The notes under the pieces: generated by a model
What the model saw: the letters and a program-made list of their open reading frames with translations, nothing else
Told to the model about the DNA's origin: nothing
The model's database searches: none
IMG/VR virus record: IMGVR_UViG_3300011339_000406
Location: 1 to 50,489 of that record
Direction: 5' to 3' (one strand)
DNA: 50,489 bases
Source: a virus
Lineage: Duplodnaviria; Caudoviricetes
Made by a program: the position numbers and the translations under genes
In this document: in pieces, positions 45,127 to 50,489 of the stretch
How the letters are laid out: each line of letters opens with the position of its first letter
Numbering within the stretch: the first letter of the stretch is position 1

Positions 45127-45236
45127 ACCAAACTCCATACGATTAGGCCAACACCACCCACGACAAACAGCACCACCATGACGGTCAACGCTGTGAACAA
45201 CATACTGACTAGCATGTCATCGTCTTCATCGTTCAT
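45123..45236 (-). CDS. Small single-TM membrane protein (37 aa)
   Basis: MNDEDDDMLVSMLFTALTVMVVLFVVGGVGLIVWSLV; ATGA overlaps on both sides. Confidence 0.65.
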   Translation of the reverse strand: MNDEDDDMLVSMLFTALTVMVVLFVVGGVGLIVWSLV

Positions 45237-45451
45237 TTCTTTCTCTCTTTCAGCATTGCGTCTGCCATCATGTAGGATGTAACAGCAACTTCTTGTTTGA
45301 CGTCCTTTCCCAAATGGCAATACATATCAATTAACTCTTTATCTGCTATGTAAGTTTGCATAGCTAACGCTGCGTAGTAATCACGCATGGTCATGTCGCG
45401 GGCATAGCCTCCGTGGACTTCTATCCACGTTTTGTCGGTGTCTTCTTTCAT
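45233..45451 (-). CDS. Conserved small phage protein
   Basis: MTMRDYYAALAMQ...SYMMADAMLKER motif. Confidence 0.75.
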   Translation of the reverse strand: MKEDTDKTWIEVHGGYARDMTMRDYYAALAMQTYIADKELIDMYCHLGKDVKQEVAVTSYMMADAMLKERKK

Positions 45452-45645
45452 GCTTGCTCTCCTTTGAGTTCAGTCAGTCGTATCCTCAATCGCTCGATGC
45501 GCTGGTTGTTGTAGTCAACCATGCTGTATGCGTAGTCCAACGCAGACTCGGCTTTTAGTTTGTCGCGTTGAGCTTCCACCAGTTCCCGCGCTGCCATTTC
45601 CAACGGGGTCGGCGTCGTGGTTAGTCGCTTGTATATATCAATCAT
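45448..45645 (-). CDS. Hypothetical coiled-coil protein
   Basis: PTPLEMAARELVEA...YNNQRIERLR; SD AAGGAG. Confidence 0.7.
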   Translation of the reverse strand: MIDIYKRLTTTPTPLEMAARELVEAQRDKLKAESALDYAYSMVDYNNQRIERLRIRLTELKGEQA

Positions 45646-45647
45646 GC

Positions 45648-45842
45648 TTACTCCTTCTCAACCGGTACATCACCCCATTCACCGCTCGAGTCTCCAGCAA
45701 TTGCTGCGGTATATTGGCTTGCAATGTCTTTCTCCCACCATTGCTGGAGGATGTGGACTGTTTTATAGGTCACAACAAAATCGCCTTGAACTGGCACTTG
45801 TACTTCGCGCTCAACAAAACGCAACTTGGGTGTTGGGGTCAT
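45648..45842 (-). CDS. Hypothetical protein
   Basis: MTPTPKLRFVER...ILQQWW...GEW.DVP; SD AAGGAG. Confidence 0.7.
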   Translation of the reverse strand: MTPTPKLRFVEREVQVPVQGDFVVTYKTVHILQQWWEKDIASQYTAAIAGDSSGEWGDVPVEKE

Positions 45843-45976
45843 TTGCACTCCTTGGTGAATACGGATGCCACGGTGTAGCACTTGGGTTGGTAGGTGGTGT
45901 AGCCGAGGTAGAACCCCGCCACGATGATGGTGGAGACAAGCCCGATGAGGGCGAAGAAGTCAGCTATGTATTTCAT
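45839..45976 (-). CDS. Small membrane protein (45 aa; not in the ORF track)
   Basis: SD GAGGAG; MKYIADFFALIGLVSTIIVAGFYLGYTTYQPKCYTVASVFTKECK; ATGA overlaps on both sides. Confidence 0.7.
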   Translation of the reverse strand: MKYIADFFALIGLVSTIIVAGFYLGYTTYQPKCYTVASVFTKECK

Positions 45977-46824
45977 ATTTGCTCCTCTTCAGTTACCGCT
46001 ACAACAAACACCTCGTCATTCACTCGGCAACCTACGTCACTGAGGAAACATCCAGCGTCCACTAACTTGAGCATGCCTAGGTTTCTTTTCATGCTCTCAG
46101 GTAACGTATTATCATCATAGATTTGTACATTGTCATCTATTCTAACTAAGTACTTACCCGTATCTCGCACAACCAAAGCTGCGATTTGATTGTCAAACTG
46201 ACGGCGAATCTCTTCGATGGACTTCACCTCCATGCTTAGCTGTTCTTCGCCTCCCAAATGTTTTGATACCTCGGCTCTACTGCGCGGCTCCAACGTCTGC
46301 ACATACGCTAAGAACTCCGCATGCCCTGCACCCCTAACGTACTCAAGCATCGCTTCTTTGATGCTGTACTTGTGTTTATCAAGGGCTCGGCCTTTGGCGC
46401 TCTCCTGTTGGTTGATGAACCTATCGGCTTCCTTCTGCGCCTCGGCTAGACGCTCTTTCGGATTGCGCGGGGAGAATGTCTTCTTGACTTTGAGCACGGC
46501 CTTGTCCACATCTGCGGTCTTGTACGTACTGCCCCGTGTTCTGCTCTCGGCTATGCGGTGATTGCTAACCGCAACAACGTAGTCTCGCCCGTGATACAGG
46601 CGGCTGATGCTGCCAAGCTCTTCTCCATTTGCTACTACCTTGAACGTAACCACCTCGTCGCTAAAATGTATGGACGGCACTACGAACTGCCATAGCGGGT
46701 ACATCGGGGCCAGCTTCACAATCGTCTGCTTCAGCAGGGTGTGGGCTTTCAGACTGCCCTTGGCATGGCCGTCCTTAACCACATCAGGGTGCAACACCAC
46801 GTTGTTGAAATCAAATATGTTCAT
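45973..46824 (-). CDS. Hypothetical protein
   Basis: SD AGGAG before ATG at 46824; C-terminal LPESMKRNLGMLKLV...DVGCRV. Confidence 0.75.
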   Translation of the reverse strand: MNIFDFNNVVLHPDVVKDGHAKGSLKAHTLLKQTIVKLAPMYPLWQFVVPSIHFSDEVVTFKVVANGEELGSISRLYHGRDYVVAVSNHRIAESRTRGSTYKTADVDKAVLKVKKTFSPRNPKERLAEAQKEADRFINQQESAKGRALDKHKYSIKEAMLEYVRGAGHAEFLAYVQTLEPRSRAEVSKHLGGEEQLSMEVKSIEEIRRQFDNQIAALVVRDTGKYLVRIDDNVQIYDDNTLPESMKRNLGMLKLVDAGCFLSDVGCRVNDEVFVVAVTEEEQI

Positions 46825-46853
46825 GTCTACTCCTAGGTTGATACTCTTAACTC

Positions 46854-47708
46854 TTACCACTCAAACTTCTTAAGGATGTCGTCCACCTTGGACTTCAACG
46901 CGCTGCGCGAGTCGGCATCCTCTTTGATGCTCTCGATGTCGGCCCCCATCATGGTTAGCTCTACTTGCCTACGTGCTGCTTCCAACACAGGGTCGTTCGT
47001 CACGTTCAGCTTGGTCAGCAGAGAACACAACTCGATGGGGTTGGTAATCAGCGTGTCGTGATACCGCTTCTTCGCATCCTCACCCTCAAGGTCGGTCAGC
47101 TTCTCAGACATACCGACAAGCATCTTGTGCAGTCTGTCCCACGGCTCACGCATCGCCTCGGCTAGCTTGTTCTCCTGCTGTGCAATGAACTCGGCCTTCA
47201 TCTCCTCTAGGTCATACGCAGGGATGTCCAGTCGGAAGTCACCAGCCTCGGGCACAGGCTTCACCGTGCGCCGGAAACCGAACTTCTCTCGTACTGCTTC
47301 GATAGCTGGATAGTCCTCGGCCTTGTACAGCCCCTGCAACGCAATCGGTGCTTCGGCAACCAACCTCGGGTACTCAACATAGAAGTTGTTGCACATCATG
47401 TCGAACGTCTGCTCGAACCCATTCATGGTCTGCTTGTATTCCATGAACAACGCAGTCGGTAACATGCGCTCACCCTTGTCAGCCCACGGCAGCGTGTGCT
47501 TGTTGTGATACAGCCGAACCCGTGCAGCAAAGTCTGAGATGTCTTTGCGTAGGCTAGTACCTGCAAACAGATTCTTCTTCGTCTGTGACGCACCATGTAC
47601 CGCCCCCGCATCGCTGTTTACCTTGTTGGTAATCTCGCGGTCAATCTTCGACGCAGGCCACACACTGATGTTCAGTTCCACTAACAATGCTGATGCACTA
47701 ATACTCAT
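46854..47708 (-). CDS. Conserved helical protein linked to AAA/vWA (DUF3150-like)
   Basis: ALLVELNISVW...KKNLFAG...TLPWADKGERMLP...LLTKLNVTNDP; SD AAGGAG; neighbourhood. Confidence 0.6.
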   Translation of the reverse strand: MSISASALLVELNISVWPASKIDREITNKVNSDAGAVHGASQTKKNLFAGTSLRKDISDFAARVRLYHNKHTLPWADKGERMLPTALFMEYKQTMNGFEQTFDMMCNNFYVEYPRLVAEAPIALQGLYKAEDYPAIEAVREKFGFRRTVKPVPEAGDFRLDIPAYDLEEMKAEFIAQQENKLAEAMREPWDRLHKMLVGMSEKLTDLEGEDAKKRYHDTLITNPIELCSLLTKLNVTNDPVLEAARRQVELTMMGADIESIKEDADSRSALKSKVDDILKKFEW

Positions 47709-47732
47709 TTCAGTTCTCCTTGGTTAAAAATT

Positions 47733-48965
47733 TCATTGCGTTTCGACATGGATAGTCTTCCCGTTCGGTGCAATGTCGCTACTGCCCCCAACGATGCACC
47801 ACAGCACCTCTGCTGTCCAATCGCTACCCCAATCACCACCCACGTAGCCATCGGTCAACATGATGATGCACTCGGGCTTGATGGCCTTCTCTTTCAGGTA
47901 CGTTGATACGCAGCTTGGGCTTGTGCCTCCACCGCCTCGGGGCTTGGTGCTTTGGATGATGTTGGATACCTCCGCGCCTTCGTACACCTCGTGCCTAGCT
48001 ACCTCGCAGTCCCAGTACAGCAAGTCCACCACCTCGGGGTTGACCTCCTCGGCGATAGCTTTGACCTCGGACAGAAACTCAGCTTGCTCTTGCGCACCAA
48101 TCGAACCCGACATGTCAAGACCAATCACGATGTGCCCAACCTTCTCGCCAATCATGCTTGGCATGTACACACCTGTAGACAGGAACCGACGATTGACTCT
48201 GCGCCAGCTACTCGTATCCTTGGCATTGCATGTGGCTTTCACAAACTCACGTAGCACCTCGCGCCAATCCACCTTGGGCTCCAACAACCCTTCGAGTTCG
48301 CGGTCAAGACCACCTGCTCCAGTACCCGCAATCTTTTGGTGCGCCATGATGCCTTGACGAATAGCTTGGTCAACCTCCTTGAGCAACTCCTTCTTCTCTG
48401 CATCGGTCATGTTCTTTGCATCGGCCCAGTCGTGCTCGTCGAACCCACCATCGCCATCACCGTCACTGTCACTGTCACCGTCACCATTGCCTTTGCCCTT
48501 ACCTTTCTTCTCCTGCTTGAGAATGTCGAACACTTGCTTGGTGTTCATGTTGCGGAACCGCTCGTCAACCAAGCCCATGCGCTCACCCTTGTGCGGGCCG
48601 TCCTTGTACCTCGGCATAGCTACCAGCGTCTCGCTTGGGTCTATGTCTTGCAGTTGCAGATTGATAACGTAGTCACACGCTGAGTTAGCTAGACGATGGT
48701 CTTCGTCATGCAGCTTGCGCCATGTGGTCAGATGCCGGTACATCTTGTGATACCCCTCGTGTGCTACAAGGAAGTTCAACTCCTTGTCACTCAACTCCTT
48801 AACGAACGCCCGCCCGTATCGCTCGTCCCGCCCGTTGGTACAGGCTGTCGGGATGTTGTCATCTACCCGTGTCTTGCCCACCATCAAGATGCCCGATAGC
48901 AGGGCAAACTTAGGACTACGCATCAGCGCAATCTTTGCCTTCTGTAGTTTCCGTTCCTCGTTCAT
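47733..48965 (-). CDS. DUF2201-type metallopeptidase + vWA protein
   Basis: TACTNG, HEGYH (HExxH), NSACDYVIN; MIDAS DMSGS, GGGGT and LTDGY. Confidence 0.9.
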   Translation of the reverse strand: MNEERKLQKAKIALMRSPKFALLSGILMVGKTRVDDNIPTACTNGRDERYGRAFVKELSDKELNFLVAHEGYHKMYRHLTTWRKLHDEDHRLANSACDYVINLQLQDIDPSETLVAMPRYKDGPHKGERMGLVDERFRNMNTKQVFDILKQEKKGKGKGNGDGDSDSDGDGDGGFDEHDWADAKNMTDAEKKELLKEVDQAIRQGIMAHQKIAGTGAGGLDRELEGLLEPKVDWREVLREFVKATCNAKDTSSWRRVNRRFLSTGVYMPSMIGEKVGHIVIGLDMSGSIGAQEQAEFLSEVKAIAEEVNPEVVDLLYWDCEVARHEVYEGAEVSNIIQSTKPRGGGGTSPSCVSTYLKEKAIKPECIIMLTDGYVGGDWGSDWTAEVLWCIVGGSSDIAPNGKTIHVETQ

Positions 48966-48979
48966 ATCTAACTCCTTCT

Positions 48980-49390
48980 TTAATAGTCACACTCAATACG
49001 CCTACTCACCCTCAGCACATACGATGAGTCGTCTTGCTCACACTCAACATCCTCGGTGTCCTCACCTATGCGGACAAACTCAAACTTCCACTTCTTGCCA
49101 TCCTCCTGCTCGTCTAGCAGGGCGTGGTACTTTGTCTTGAACGCATCGAACGCTTTCACGTCCTCGTAGCCCGAGTACCACTTCACGTTCTCGGGCTTAA
49201 ACTCGTACCCGTAGATACGGTTGCTACTTATCTCCTCTAGGTCTCCGCACACCTCTTTGGGGAAGTTCTCGTCCATGAACAGCTTGAGTACAGGCAAGTC
49301 CTCCTTCGTCGTTGTGTAGAACAACGCATGCACATCACTTCGGTATCCCATGTCATCCATCCTTTCGTATTCAGTTAAGTCCCATGTCAT
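48980..49390 (-). CDS. Hypothetical protein
   Basis: MGYRSDV...VKWY..Y.DV...FVRIGEDTED pattern; start could be internal. Confidence 0.7.
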   Translation of the reverse strand: MTWDLTEYERMDDMGYRSDVHALFYTTTKEDLPVLKLFMDENFPKEVCGDLEEISSNRIYGYEFKPENVKWYSGYEDVKAFDAFKTKYHALLDEQEDGKKWKFEFVRIGEDTEDVECEQDDSSYVLRVSRRIECDY

Positions 49391-49686
49391 CTCGGCTCCC
49401 GCTCGATGCTCAGCAGCATCTTCAGGGTCGCTATCACTTGGTCAGGGTCGGTTGTTTCCAGCAGTACATGTCGCGCTTTTACATCCCTGTTATCGTTTGG
49501 CTCCCACTTCAGCACGATGTACCTGTACTCCGCTTCATCTAAGCCCCACATCACTCGACGCTCCATGCCCACTTGGTAGTTGGGGTTGTGCCTCCTGAGT
49601 TCTTTCTCAAGCCACTCAATCTCGCGGACTTTGAGCGCAAGTTCTTGGGGGTAGTTCATCCTGTCTATGGGTGCGTACACAGCCAT
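49387..49686 (-). CDS. Hypothetical protein
   Basis: 99-aa ORF filling the gap; ATGA overlap downstream. Confidence 0.6.
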   Translation of the reverse strand: MAVYAPIDRMNYPQELALKVREIEWLEKELRRHNPNYQVGMERRVMWGLDEAEYRYIVLKWEPNDNRDVKARHVLLETTDPDQVIATLKMLLSIEREPR

Positions 49687-49698
49687 TTGGTTTCCGCC

Positions 49699-50489
49699 TC
49701 AGAGTAGGTCTTGGTTCTTAGCAACCCAGTCGGCGAACGCCTTGCAACTGAATGCAATGTTCTGCTTGGTCGGGGTCTTGGCAATGTTGATGGCGAACAC
49801 CGATTGCCACTCGGGTTCAAACCGTTCCAAGTACGTCATAAAGGGCGTAATGGATTCCTTAGTAATCCGAGCGATTGCACCGAACACAACGATGGCACAT
49901 GCCCCGCTGCTTGTAGGTATGCGCGTATTGCGAGGGTCAGCTATCGTTGCTTCCCACGTTGGCAGTTGGTCTGAGAACTCGATGTACGCTTGCATGTCTC
50001 GTGCACCTGACTCGCCGATAGCACCAGTCAACGCTGCAATGATGGACTCGTGGTCGTTCTGCTTGCGTGTGCGGACGATGTTGCTTGCTGTCTCGAGCGA
50101 ACGTGGACTTACGAACGCATTCATAGTCTTGCGGGGATTGAAGATGTACGGGTTGTCGGCCTGTCCACCATCGGTGTAGCTTGCAAGCACTTGCGGGAAA
50201 CGGTTAACCCACGCAATCACTTCGGGCTCGATGTTGCTGTTCATCGCCCACTCAATCCACTCGTCCGATGTCGGCTTAGCTACGGTTATCTCCACGATAC
50301 GGTTGCGGGTATGCGCTTTCAAGGTATCGCCCACGCCGTCACTGCTCAAGTTACCCGTAAGAAATACCACATTGTTAGAATTCAATGAGATGTCACCCAA
50401 GCGCGGGTTGGCCTTCTCTAGCATCGGGTGCAGCATGTTCTTCACAGGGTCTGCGCCTTTGCTGAACTCGTCGAGCATGACGGCCACGG
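49699..50489 (-). CDS. MoxR-like AAA+ ATPase (5' truncated)
   Basis: Walker B VMLDEF, sensor-1 TGN, arginine finger RNR, sensor-2 SPRS; upstream of the vWA gene. Confidence 0.85.
   Translation of the reverse strand, partial: VAVMLDEFSKGADPVKNMLHPMLEKANPRLGDISLNSNNVVFLTGNLSSDGVGDTLKAHTRNRIVEITVAKPTSDEWIEWAMNSNIEPEVIAWVNRFPQVLASYTDGGQADNPYIFNPRKTMNAFVSPRSLETASNIVRTRKQNDHESIIAALTGAIGESGARDMQAYIEFSDQLPTWEATIADPRNTRIPTSSGACAIVVFGAIARITKESITPFMTYLERFEPEWQSVFAINIAKTPTKQNIAFSCKAFADWVAKNQDLL

Noticed and set aside
48445-48510. Hexamer-like repeats in the vWA gene
   Set aside because: They encode an ordinary G/D/K low-complexity linker typical of DUF2201 proteins.

Overview
This window is about 50 kb of a tailed dsDNA phage genome, most likely a podovirus-like freshwater phage of Betaproteobacteria (host is inference), and it is truncated at both ends. 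The + arm (1-32293) is the late/virion module. It runs from the end of a Mu gpT-like major capsid gene through a cluster of small basic proteins, adaptor proteins, tail fibres (one with an S74 chaperone, one lectin/SPRY), a holin and M15 endolysin, a nozzle, ejection proteins and a GNAT, and ends in a 3197-aa polyvalent protein carrying two zincin motifs, a GHKL ATPase and a PLxRFG-like domain. The converging - arm (32365-50489) is the early/replication module: primase-DUF927 helicase, HTH, SSB-like protein, SNF2 helicase, HNH, PD-(D/E)xK nuclease, family A DNA polymerase, VRR-NUC, a homing HNH, DUF3310, many small genes and a MoxR AAA/vWA-metallopeptidase cluster. The best unexplained signals are (1) three SD-led small ORFs overprinted in the +1 frame of linker regions of the giant protein, (2) a candidate ~59-nt anti-Shine-Dalgarno sRNA at the arm junction, (3) a recurring [MYFL]-[AKNS]-x-GG peptide tag across late proteins, (4) an HNH insertion that appears to have replaced the start of its host gene, and (5) an interlocked-pseudoknot RNA downstream of the capsid gene. 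All family calls come from motif recognition by eye; no searches were run. I saw no tRNA, rRNA, CRISPR array, integrase or reverse transcriptase.
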